DNA of 64,000 nucleotides from positions 544,001-608,000 of the forward strand of contig JAVJNR010000004.1 of assembly GCA_040217195.1 (NCBI GenBank), read 5' to 3'. Of the stretch, positions 28,465-36,868 are shown piece by piece. Both the position numbers and the translations under genes were made by a program. The stretch's first letter is position 1; every line of letters begins with the position of its first letter. Under the pieces are notes generated by a model. The model saw only the letters and a program-made list of their open reading frames with translations. It had not been told where the DNA came from and did no database searches. Source of the DNA: Leptospiraceae bacterium. GTDB taxonomy: Bacteria; Spirochaetota; Leptospiria; Leptospirales; Leptonemataceae.

Positions 28465-29334
28465 ATGGCCTACAATCGCTACATCACTGGAATCCTGCCG
28501 GACCAGAACTACCGGTTTATTCTTGGAAGCATAACCGACGTAGCTCTGGAAGTAGGACAGGTGCTCCATGCATCTGTGCCAATTACGGCTCTGCTGGGAG
28601 AAAGCATGCTGGCCGCATTCTTTCTGGCCGGCCACAATGAAAAATCCCGCCGATCCGTGGTGGGCATTGATTTGCAATGTAATGGCCCGGTGCGTAAATT
28701 ACTCTCCTTTGCATCTTCCGATGGAATTGTGCGCTCCTTTTGCTCCAGTCCGGATGCAACGTGGGACGGAAATCTATACGATGGCAAGAAAGATGGCCTA
28801 TTTACAGTAAATCGATTTGTGGAAGATAGTCGAAAGATATACTCCTCCAGCGTTGAAATGCATGATCTTCCTCTGGAAAAGAATGTTGAAGAATACCTGG
28901 GTCGATCGGATCAAAAACTGGGCTTCATTCGTATGGAAAGCACAATCGAGAAGGATTTACTTCTGGATGTATCTGGTTTTAGTTTCGAAGCACTGCCGGG
29001 CGCATCGGTGGAAAACTCAGAAGCAGTACTGGAAATGATTCGGAGCACTGCGCCGGCCGACATGGTACATGGATTACTTTCGGACGGTGACGGAGAACGA
29101 AGGGACTTCAGTTTCTCCCTGTCCAGTGTTAAGATTCTAACTACAGGCTCATTTGAATATCGCTGCGATTGCAGCAAAGAAAAGATTGAAAAGGTTCTTC
29201 TGGCAATGGGTCGACAATCGATTGAGGACCTTGTTGCAGAAAATGGTCATGTTGAAGTATTCTGTGAATTTTGCAGGAAACGATATGAATTCCAGCCGTC
29301 CGAAATCTACAATCTTTTCAATGCAGAGGATTGA
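28465..29334 (+). CDS. hslO: Redox-regulated chaperone Hsp33
   Basis: C-terminal CxC (CDCS) and CxxC (CEFC) zinc motif; YLGRSDQ; AGGAGG RBS. Confidence 0.9.
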   Translation: MAYNRYITGILPDQNYRFILGSITDVALEVGQVLHASVPITALLGESMLAAFFLAGHNEKSRRSVVGIDLQCNGPVRKLLSFASSDGIVRSFCSSPDATWDGNLYDGKKDGLFTVNRFVEDSRKIYSSSVEMHDLPLEKNVEEYLGRSDQKLGFIRMESTIEKDLLLDVSGFSFEALPGASVENSEAVLEMIRSTAPADMVHGLLSDGDGERRDFSFSLSSVKILTTGSFEYRCDCSKEKIEKVLLAMGRQSIEDLVAENGHVEVFCEFCRKRYEFQPSEIYNLFNAED

Positions 29335-29495
29335 TTGGTTCAGAGCTCCCGGTCCAACCTATAAAGACCGATACATAGGCCAGCACTGCCTGCCCGAATT
29401 GCATTGCTTTATTTGGTTGCCAATCTCGCAGATTTACACTGAATTTGATACAGAGGTTGCAAATTTCGCCGATGGCGAATGCATGGAGGGTCACA

Positions 29496-30359
29496 CTGGA
29501 ATATATACCCATCAACTCAATCGATGAGATAGATCCAAGACGAGTCTCTATTCGAGATCTGAATAAGAAGTACATCGATCGTGAAGGTAATCGTTATGCC
29601 ACTCGATTCAATATCAAGACTCGAGAGGTGGAGATTGTTCGTCTTGCCCGAACCATCGAAGAAGCACGTAGACTTCAGATAAAGATTCGAAATCAGAAGT
29701 CCGGCACCAGCCCTGTACCAAGCACTTCCAGTACCGAAGCGATTACCGAGCCCCGGCCGGCGGAAGGAATCGATCCGGGTGATTATTATCACACAGCGGA
29801 TGACATCGGTGGCCATGGAATTGTAGACAAAGATTTGCTGGATGACTGTGTCCAGGAAGTGACCAAGATTCGAGAAAGACAACAGGCCGTTCTGAATTCT
29901 TTGCGAAAGAATCAGATATTTGATCGGGATCAATACGATGGATTTTCCGAAATTACACGAAAAATCGATACCGAATCCTGGCAGGCGGGAGATGAGGCGA
30001 TCAACTATTATAAGGAGTTGTATTCCTATCCTAGACCGGTAACACATTATTTGAACCGACTAAACTCTAAGGATCGACAATGGGTGGAATCCCTGGGCGA
30101 TGAACAGAGCCGCCTGGAGCTAATTAAGAAGTTAGAAATGTACAATGGATTTCATAAAGCCTTCCAGTCCATCTACTCTGTGACCACTGATCTAAAGGGA
30201 ATGCTTGAAGAAATACCAGAAGAGATGCAATCCAAACTCACCGCCAGTCAGACCATGGCTGTGCGCGACGCTTTACCCAGTCTTGAAATCATTCAAGAAA
30301 ACAGTCTGGCCAAAATGGCAGCACTGGATGAATGGCACGAACAAACCCGGGGCAGCTGA
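29496..30359 (+). CDS. Hypothetical protein (start uncertain: CTG 29496 or ATG 29472)
   Basis: Long ORF; GGAGG at 29485-29489 spaced 6 nt from an in-frame CTG. Confidence 0.7.
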   Translation: MEYIPINSIDEIDPRRVSIRDLNKKYIDREGNRYATRFNIKTREVEIVRLARTIEEARRLQIKIRNQKSGTSPVPSTSSTEAITEPRPAEGIDPGDYYHTADDIGGHGIVDKDLLDDCVQEVTKIRERQQAVLNSLRKNQIFDRDQYDGFSEITRKIDTESWQAGDEAINYYKELYSYPRPVTHYLNRLNSKDRQWVESLGDEQSRLELIKKLEMYNGFHKAFQSIYSVTTDLKGMLEEIPEEMQSKLTASQTMAVRDALPSLEIIQENSLAKMAALDEWHEQTRGS

Positions 30360-30484
30360 TTCAGGAGCCTCTAAAGCCACTTAATAGCCAGGGGTACAAT
30401 CGCTGATATTCCCTAACTAAAAATGAAGTCCGGTGGGAAGCTGTTTCGGTTTGCTATTACATCCCGGGCCAGACGTATTAAGAC

Positions 30485-31081
30485 CTAACGTCCCAGAATA
30501 CGATTTTCAATAGCTGTACATTGTTCAGCGGAAAGTGGCTTGCCATTGAATTGCAAATGAAACTGATCCTGGGCTCTACCTGCATTGCTTGTACGAATGG
30601 TTGCAGTAACGATGTTTATATCGCTAAGGAAGAATAGACGGCTTAGATGTATCAACAGACCGGTTCGTCCGGTGGTTTCAATATAGAATCTTGTTTCCTG
30701 TTTCTCTGTATCGGTATCGAAAACGAGCTCAGGAGGCTTCTCAAAAAAGTAGGATGGATCTGGGATGGAACGATCGTGCTGCTTCAGTAATTTTTCCGGA
30801 TCAATGCGATCGGACATTAGGGTTTCCATCAAGACTCCCAGACTATGATAGATCTCTGCAGAATCCCTTTCTTTGCCTTCGACCGGGCGTAAGAAGAATC
30901 TGTCCTGCGAATATAATTCGCCTTCCTCTTTTAGCGTATCTACGTCTCCGGAATATATATCCAGATCCAGACAGTAAATTGCTGCTGCCAGGCGATACAG
31001 GGTACCCACTCGCACTATTGGGGTTCGAATCTCAAGAAGGGTTTGTTCCGGTCCTACCGGTGTCCAGGAAAAGTTGATCAC
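30485..31081 (-). CDS. Tandem ACT-domain protein resembling the GlnD C-terminus
   Basis: Two repeats: RVGTLYRLAAAI...LDIYSG...DRF and GRTGLLIHLSRLF...INIVTATIRT...DQF. Confidence 0.7.
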   Translation of the reverse strand: MINFSWTPVGPEQTLLEIRTPIVRVGTLYRLAAAIYCLDLDIYSGDVDTLKEEGELYSQDRFFLRPVEGKERDSAEIYHSLGVLMETLMSDRIDPEKLLKQHDRSIPDPSYFFEKPPELVFDTDTEKQETRFYIETTGRTGLLIHLSRLFFLSDINIVTATIRTSNAGRAQDQFHLQFNGKPLSAEQCTAIENRILGR

Positions 31082-31956
31082 GGCTCTGCTTTATGGGCCA
31101 TCACATCTTTGCACCATCGGCTAAACAGATCCGGATTTATTTCCGCCCCGGGCAGCCGATCATAATTTCTGCCCACATGAATGTCCATATCCTGTTCCAC
31201 CGTAAATCTGTCCGCAAAATCCTGCAATTCTCGACCCAGCAATGGATCCAGATCTCTCCAGGCCATCACCAGCTGACCGTTTTTTAACGCTCCAAAAATG
31301 CGAATTCCTCTGAAGCGAAGCTCCATCTCTGTTCCGTTCTCTTTGCAGAGCCAATCACCCTGCCCGTCCAGTTCCTGGAAAATCTTCCATAGATTCTTGG
31401 CTGATTGCTTCTTTTCTTTCTTGGCCCGACTCTCTTCTTCGATCCGGCCAATGAAGTCTTTGAGTTCATTTAGCTGAACAGTCAGGAAGTCCCCCACCCG
31501 ACGGTCATCCTGCCACCAGGGACGAAAGTCTTTTCCGGCCAGAACACATTCCAGTCCGGCCACCGCATCCTTCCATATTTCGGCCTGTCTGTCCCGTTCC
31601 TCACGATCGACCCATCCGTCATGAGAAATGCTCAGTAGTATTCCTTCTCCGGTGCGGCCCCGGCTAACGCCCTGGTCCTCAATTTCAAATGTGATAACGG
31701 TGGAGGGTTTATCATCGGGCCAATCCTTGCCACGCCAGGAGTATCGAACCAGGTGGTTTTTTTCCTTGGTTACGGCCTTCATCTCCATGTCTTTTCCGTC
31801 CAACTGGGTCACCAGGTTTCTGGACATAATCACACGAGGGGCCCACCATTTTCTCAACTCGGTCTGCGAAGTTAGTACACGAAATACCTGAGCCGGAGTA
31901 GTCATCATCTCCAGATGGTGTTCAATGGCCTCAATTTCATCCGAGTTGCGATTCAT
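31078..31956 (-). CDS. SRPBCC/Aha1 (START-like) domain protein with an extra C-terminal domain
   Basis: PAQVFRVLT...LRKWW, VRYSW, TVITFEIE, LSISHDGW. Confidence 0.75.
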   Translation of the reverse strand: MNRNSDEIEAIEHHLEMMTTPAQVFRVLTSQTELRKWWAPRVIMSRNLVTQLDGKDMEMKAVTKEKNHLVRYSWRGKDWPDDKPSTVITFEIEDQGVSRGRTGEGILLSISHDGWVDREERDRQAEIWKDAVAGLECVLAGKDFRPWWQDDRRVGDFLTVQLNELKDFIGRIEEESRAKKEKKQSAKNLWKIFQELDGQGDWLCKENGTEMELRFRGIRIFGALKNGQLVMAWRDLDPLLGRELQDFADRFTVEQDMDIHVGRNYDRLPGAEINPDLFSRWCKDVMAHKAEP

Positions 31957-32038
31957 GGTTTAGTACGGATTCTCCATCCCCCCCATCTATTTTTCAAACA
32001 GTATTTGCCTTTCTGGACAGCCAGGCTGTAATCCAGAA

Positions 32039-32998
32039 ATGAATACTATACGAGCGGGCATAATCTTGCCGATGATTCTCTTACTTTCCATTTTCCCCGG
32101 TTGCCAGCCGGAGGAACAGCAATATTCGCATGAAGACATTGACCGATGGTCCTTCCTGGACAATGCCCGGTTTCGGGGCAAGGCGGAGCTGGCAGAATAC
32201 AGCGGAACCATTATACGCTACGGACAACCGCGAGACGCAGAATTGGTGCTCATTACTGTCATGGAGCCCTTTATTCGAGATCAGATGGTCAAATCAGAGT
32301 CCCAGACCGGTTTCTATGCTATCAAGCAAAACCAGGTCCTGAGCTACCGAACTGGAGTGTATCCCTATCGTCAGATGAATTCTGTGTTCTGGCAGCGACA
32401 GTCCGGCCGTTTTCTGAAGGCCGTGATGACAACCCAGGAATGGTGTGGCCAGACCTATCGGGAACTACGGAGCCAGGGTAAGACTTTACAGCTTTTCTAC
32501 AGCTCCTACTGGGAAGATGAGTCCAGGGGCTATCATACACTTTCTTATCCTACCGAAGCCAATCATGTGCTAATGTACGATGAGTTGCCCCTCTATGTAA
32601 GAAAAGACAATCTGCAGTCCGGATCGGTGGCTCTTTATCCTATGCTCATGAGTTCCCAGATTCGGCGTCCGGACTGGGACATTGGCCATCCGGCTCGTAT
32701 GCCTGACTTTCGAAAGGGAACTCTAAAAGTAGAAACAGAGGAAGTTCTTCGCGGAGGTCAGAAACGACAGGTTCGGGTAGTTACAGTTACCCAGGATTCT
32801 TTCGAATCAGAAAATGGAACAGTACCGGAAAAGATCGATGTATTTTATGTTGATCTGCAGTCTTCGCTAAGACCCTTACTTCGATGGGAACGCAACGATG
32901 GAGGAGTTCTGGAACTGAATAGCATCAATTATACGGATTACTGGAGCCAGAATGATCCTGGAGATAGGTTGCCACAGAACTCTGTAATTCCAGAATAG
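32039..32998 (+). CDS. Hypothetical lipoprotein
   Basis: 319-aa ORF with lipobox (FPGC); QEWCGQ motif. Confidence 0.7.
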   Translation: MNTIRAGIILPMILLLSIFPGCQPEEQQYSHEDIDRWSFLDNARFRGKAELAEYSGTIIRYGQPRDAELVLITVMEPFIRDQMVKSESQTGFYAIKQNQVLSYRTGVYPYRQMNSVFWQRQSGRFLKAVMTTQEWCGQTYRELRSQGKTLQLFYSSYWEDESRGYHTLSYPTEANHVLMYDELPLYVRKDNLQSGSVALYPMLMSSQIRRPDWDIGHPARMPDFRKGTLKVETEEVLRGGQKRQVRVVTVTQDSFESENGTVPEKIDVFYVDLQSSLRPLLRWERNDGGVLELNSINYTDYWSQNDPGDRLPQNSVIPE

Positions 32999-33003
32999 TT
33001 TCT

Positions 33004-33606
33004 ATGTTTACCGGAATCATAGAGTCCAGAGGTAAAATTCAACGTATCAGTCCATCCAGAGGAAATCTAACCTTCCTGGTTGAGAGCCATATTTCAAAGG
33101 AATTAAAACCAGGGGACAGCGTTTCGCATAACGGAGTATGTCTAACAGTAGAAACCATTCCGTCCCAAAGTCAGTACACTGTGAGCGCAATCCAGGAGAC
33201 CCTGGCGAAAAGTAATCTGGGTGATCTAAGTGAGGGCAATGAAGTGAACCTGGAAAGATCCTTGCGAGGAGATGGACGCATTGATGGTCATTTTGTGCAG
33301 GGTCATGTAGATACCATGGGGAATATTCTGGAAATCTCCGAATTGGATGGAAGCCATGAATTCTGGATTTCCTTTCCAGAATCGGAAAGCGACCTGGTTG
33401 TTCCAAGAGGAAGCATCGCATTGGATGGAATAAGCCTTACCGTTGCAGAGCTGGAAAAGGAACGATTTAAGATAGCGATTATTCCTCATACCATCGAAAA
33501 CACAAACCTGGGAAGTCGAAAAACTGGCGATCGTATCAATCTTGAATTCGATATTCTGGGAAAGTATATCCGTCGCATGCTACAGAGCCGGGGATCCCTT
33601 TCTTGA
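33004..33606 (+). CDS. ribE: Riboflavin synthase (alpha chain)
   Basis: MFTGII N-terminus; NGVCLTV, VNLERSL, GHFVQGHVD, DGISLTV. Confidence 0.97.
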   Translation: MFTGIIESRGKIQRISPSRGNLTFLVESHISKELKPGDSVSHNGVCLTVETIPSQSQYTVSAIQETLAKSNLGDLSEGNEVNLERSLRGDGRIDGHFVQGHVDTMGNILEISELDGSHEFWISFPESESDLVVPRGSIALDGISLTVAELEKERFKIAIIPHTIENTNLGSRKTGDRINLEFDILGKYIRRMLQSRGSLS

Positions 33607-33748
33607 CCTGAATTTTAGCGCTATTACGAAGAAAAGATATTAGTGCTTTTAGCAATCAGGAAAACTATTAAATGCCTCAATTCTGATTTCGTACATTTTC
33701 TCTGCTACCTTGCTTGACGAATGGCAATTGCCCTGACGTTTCTGAGCA

Positions 33749-34738
33749 ATGGGCCATCATTCGCATACCGGGAACGATCAATCCAGTACCTCCGGACATA
33801 CTATGAGCAGTCCAAACCAGTCTGCCGAAGAATTGCAGCACTCACACAGCCATGGAGCCCATGACCATGGAATTGAAATCCGGGACAGTACATCAATTCG
33901 TCTCTGGATTGGTATTATCATTAACGTATTATTTGCAGGCGCTGAAGCGGTGGCCGGTTTCTGGACCGATTCCCTGGCACTTCTGGCCGATGCCGGCCAT
34001 AATTTCAGCGATGTAATGGGTCTAATTCTTGCGCTCATCGCAGTGCATCTGGGAAAGCAGGCAGCCACCGAACGATTTACCTATGGTAAAGGCCGGGCAT
34101 CCATACAGATTTCCCTACTGAACTCGGTACTGCTTCTGGGTGCTGCAGGAGCCATCGCTGTTGAGGCAGTCCAGAGACTCCAGGCCCCTGGTGAAGTACC
34201 AGGTATGACCATAGTTCTCATCGCAGCGCTGGGAGTTCTGGTAAATGGGATCTCAACTGCCCTCTACTGGAAAGACCGGAAAGAGGACCTAAATATGCGC
34301 GGTGCGTATCTGCATATGGCAGCGGATGCGCTGGTAAGTCTGTCCGTTGTGGTAGGAGGACTGATAATGCAATGGACCTCTGCTTTCTGGATCGATCCTT
34401 TGCTATCCATCGTTGTGGCCGGAGTAATTGTCTGGAGCACACTGCAACTACTCTGGAATGCACTAAAGCTTTCCCTGGATGCCGTACCGGAGGATATAGA
34501 AACTTCGCGGGTGCGAAAATACCTTGGTGAATTGCCGGGAGTACAGGATGTTCATGATCTGCATATCTGGGCCATGAGTACTAGAAAGTCTGCACTTAGT
34601 GCTCATCTGGTAGTGGATTCTCTGGAAAGGAGTCCGGAGCTTTTACGGAATATTAAGCACACCATGGACAGCAAATTTGGCATCTCACATCCCACCATTC
34701 AAATCGAGCAGGAGAAGGAGGGTTGCTCGGACTGTTAA
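33749..34738 (+). CDS. Cation diffusion facilitator (CzcD/ZitB-like Zn/Co/Cd exporter)
   Basis: His-rich N-terminus; SLALLADAGHNFSD, NMRGAYLHMAAD, VHDLHIW. Confidence 0.92.
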   Translation: MGHHSHTGNDQSSTSGHTMSSPNQSAEELQHSHSHGAHDHGIEIRDSTSIRLWIGIIINVLFAGAEAVAGFWTDSLALLADAGHNFSDVMGLILALIAVHLGKQAATERFTYGKGRASIQISLLNSVLLLGAAGAIAVEAVQRLQAPGEVPGMTIVLIAALGVLVNGISTALYWKDRKEDLNMRGAYLHMAADALVSLSVVVGGLIMQWTSAFWIDPLLSIVVAGVIVWSTLQLLWNALKLSLDAVPEDIETSRVRKYLGELPGVQDVHDLHIWAMSTRKSALSAHLVVDSLERSPELLRNIKHTMDSKFGISHPTIQIEQEKEGCSDC

Positions 34739-34740
34739 AC

Positions 34741-34932
34741 TCAGACTGTCAATACTTGTTGCAGATGCTTGCGAATCGATTGGCGGATCACATAGGTTAG
34801 ATTGTGACCGCAGGAAGGGCACTGAATGGGAATTTCCATATGAACCGGTTGCAGCATGATTGCCATGTTATAGTGACACTGACTGCATTCAATTTCCGCG
34901 CGAAATGGTGAAAATTCTTCAATGTGTTCCAC
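34741..34932 (-). CDS. Small Zn-ribbon protein
   Basis: 63 aa with CSQC...CPSCGH; AGGAG RBS before a GTG start; sigma28-like promoter upstream. Confidence 0.7.
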   Translation of the reverse strand: MEHIEEFSPFRAEIECSQCHYNMAIMLQPVHMEIPIQCPSCGHNLTYVIRQSIRKHLQQVLTV

Positions 34933-34966
34933 AGCAATCTCCTGGACGCAAGCCCTCTTGCTGGGT

Positions 34967-34993
34967 ACATCGGTGGAATAAGGTTTTCCTTTA
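34967..34993 (-). promoter_or_regulatory. Sigma28 (FliA)-like promoter
   Basis: Minus strand TAAA-N15-ACCGATGT, close to the consensus TAAA-N15-GCCGATAA. Confidence 0.55.
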
Positions 34994-35038
34994 GTGGAAT
35001 CGGCCTTTCGAGAAAGAATTCTTTATGTCTGACTGGAC

Positions 35039-35236
35039 TCAGGCGGGCGCCTTGAGCTCCTTTCCGTTCTGATCTCTGGCCACGAATCGGTCCGCGCCGG
35101 ATGGCTCGGATTGGCGAAGTCGTTCATTTAGAGCGCGCACCTTTTCCATAGCTCTTTCTTTGTTGGCAGTACTGCCCATGTTGGTAAGCTGAAAACTCTC
35201 GCCGTCCGGACTCACTCTCCAGATTGTATAGCTCAT
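35039..35236 (-). CDS. Small hypothetical protein
   Basis: 65-aa ORF (MSYTIWRVSPDG...) just downstream of the GHMP kinase; protein-like composition. Confidence 0.55.
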   Translation of the reverse strand: MSYTIWRVSPDGESFQLTNMGSTANKERAMEKVRALNERLRQSEPSGADRFVARDQNGKELKAPA

Positions 35237-35280
35237 GGCCGGGCAAGATATTTCGGACGGGCCCGCCGGCAACTCCAAAT

Positions 35281-36378
35281 TCAGGATTCTATACGAGCGC
35301 CGGGCTCACTTTGAACCGGGTAATACTGCAGATCTCTCTTTTTTAGATAGGCCTCCATCTCATCTGCTGGTTCACTTTGCACACAGAAAAAAGTGCCACC
35401 GCCTCCGGATCCATTGATCTTACCACCGGGAGAACCGGCCGCGCGAAGAGCTCCTAAATGAGCATCGATTTTAAGAGTGGATATACCCACGGTACCGGCC
35501 AGAATTTCATGCTCTTCGCGAAATAGAGTACCCAGAATCTCCGAATTCATTCCTCCCCGACGCAGTAACCGCAGGGCGTCCTGGCACAGATCTCTGTTTC
35601 GAATCTGATTTCGCACATGCATCCTGGCCCGGTCATTTCCAAGTTGCCCTCCGAACAGATCGAAGTATGTCAGAGTGCTCTGCGAAAGAGAGAATTGCGG
35701 GATACTCTCGGTGGCTTCTTGCATGTAACGTCTGGCCGTTTCGCTGGTTCTGGAAAGTACGCCCTGAGTGTCTTTGGGATCTCCAGAATCCACCAGGAGA
35801 ATTTCTCGGGGCTCATGCTCCAGTTTTTCCACTCCATAAGGCAACGGGCCCCCTGCATCCGGATAAACATGCAGAAGACCGCCAATGTAGCAGGTGTACT
35901 GATCCATCATTCCGCCTGCTCCCTGGAACATCTCCTTTTCTCCGCGATAAACTAACTGGGCGCAAAGTACCGGATCATTGATATATTTTTCCTTTTCCGG
36001 ATGATCCCCGATTTCCAGAAGTAGCCTCAGCCAGGCCGCCGACATGGCTGAAGAGCTGGAACAACCAGCGCGAACTGGAATTCTGGAATGAAATTTAAAC
36101 AATCCTCCATCCGGAAACGTAAAGCCCTCTTCCTTCAGTACCTGAGCGATTCCCCAGCAAAAATCCTCGGTACTGCCCGGTTTAGAGGCATTAATATCCA
36201 GATGTCTTTCCTTTTCCGGCAAATCCGGGGTCTGAATCCGGTAAATGCTACCCGCCGCCGGATTGTACTCTATATAGAACCTGAGGTTTACGGCCATGGC
36301 AATAACCGGTAAACCCAGATAATCCTGGTGTTCTCCAAATAAACAGATGCGCCCGGGTGCGCTGGAAATAACCTGCAT
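35281..36378 (-). CDS. GHMP kinase (galactokinase/mevalonate kinase-like)
   Basis: SAPGRICLFGEHQDY, IPVRAGCSSSSA, GGMMDQ, KINGSGGGG. Confidence 0.88.
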   Translation of the reverse strand: MQVISSAPGRICLFGEHQDYLGLPVIAMAVNLRFYIEYNPAAGSIYRIQTPDLPEKERHLDINASKPGSTEDFCWGIAQVLKEEGFTFPDGGLFKFHSRIPVRAGCSSSSAMSAAWLRLLLEIGDHPEKEKYINDPVLCAQLVYRGEKEMFQGAGGMMDQYTCYIGGLLHVYPDAGGPLPYGVEKLEHEPREILLVDSGDPKDTQGVLSRTSETARRYMQEATESIPQFSLSQSTLTYFDLFGGQLGNDRARMHVRNQIRNRDLCQDALRLLRRGGMNSEILGTLFREEHEILAGTVGISTLKIDAHLGALRAAGSPGGKINGSGGGGTFFCVQSEPADEMEAYLKKRDLQYYPVQSEPGARIES

Positions 36379-36462
36379 GGACACCAGGGGAAACTTTGTG
36401 TTTCCTGAATTAAAGCCATTTTCAACGCTGTACAAATAGTGGGTCCGGCCCCGGGAGAGAAT

Positions 36463-36780
36463 ATGAAGACAAAAAGCTCCACAAAGAAGTCATCACAAAG
36501 AAAAAGCTCCGGAACAGAAAGCCCTCCGGAAAAAGAGGCCTATGTTCGCAGGGCCCGAAGAATTGAAGGTCAGATCCAGGCTATTTCTCGAATGATCGAA
36601 GAGGAAAGAAACTGCGTTGATATACTGATGCAGGTCCGGGCTGCCCGATCCGCACTGAAATCCCTGTCCATTGAGTTGCTTGAAAGTCATACAAATCAAT
36701 GCGTCCGCGAAGCTTTCGAATCCAACAATGGCGAAAAAACCATCCAGGAATTGCTGGAAGTATTCAAGACCTATTCCTGA
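36463..36780 (+). CDS. csoR: CsoR/RcnR family metal-sensing repressor
   Basis: RRIEGQI, CVDILMQ, HTNQC (Cys-His-Cys Cu ligands); upstream of copA. Confidence 0.85.
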   Translation: MKTKSSTKKSSQRKSSGTESPPEKEAYVRRARRIEGQIQAISRMIEEERNCVDILMQVRAARSALKSLSIELLESHTNQCVREAFESNNGEKTIQELLEVFKTYS

Positions 36781-36797
36781 ACTCTGCAACTAGCGTC

Positions 36798-36814
36798 ATG
36801 CCTGGTAGGGGTAA
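36798..36814. promoter_or_regulatory. CsoR operator candidate upstream of copA
   Basis: ATGCCTGGTAGGGGTAA resembles the ATACC-N-GGGGTAT G-tract pseudo-palindromes bound by CsoR. Confidence 0.5.
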
Positions 36815-36868
36815 AGGGCATGCAATTTGAATGGCTTTCTCCGCTTAAAACGATTAACTTCACAATAT

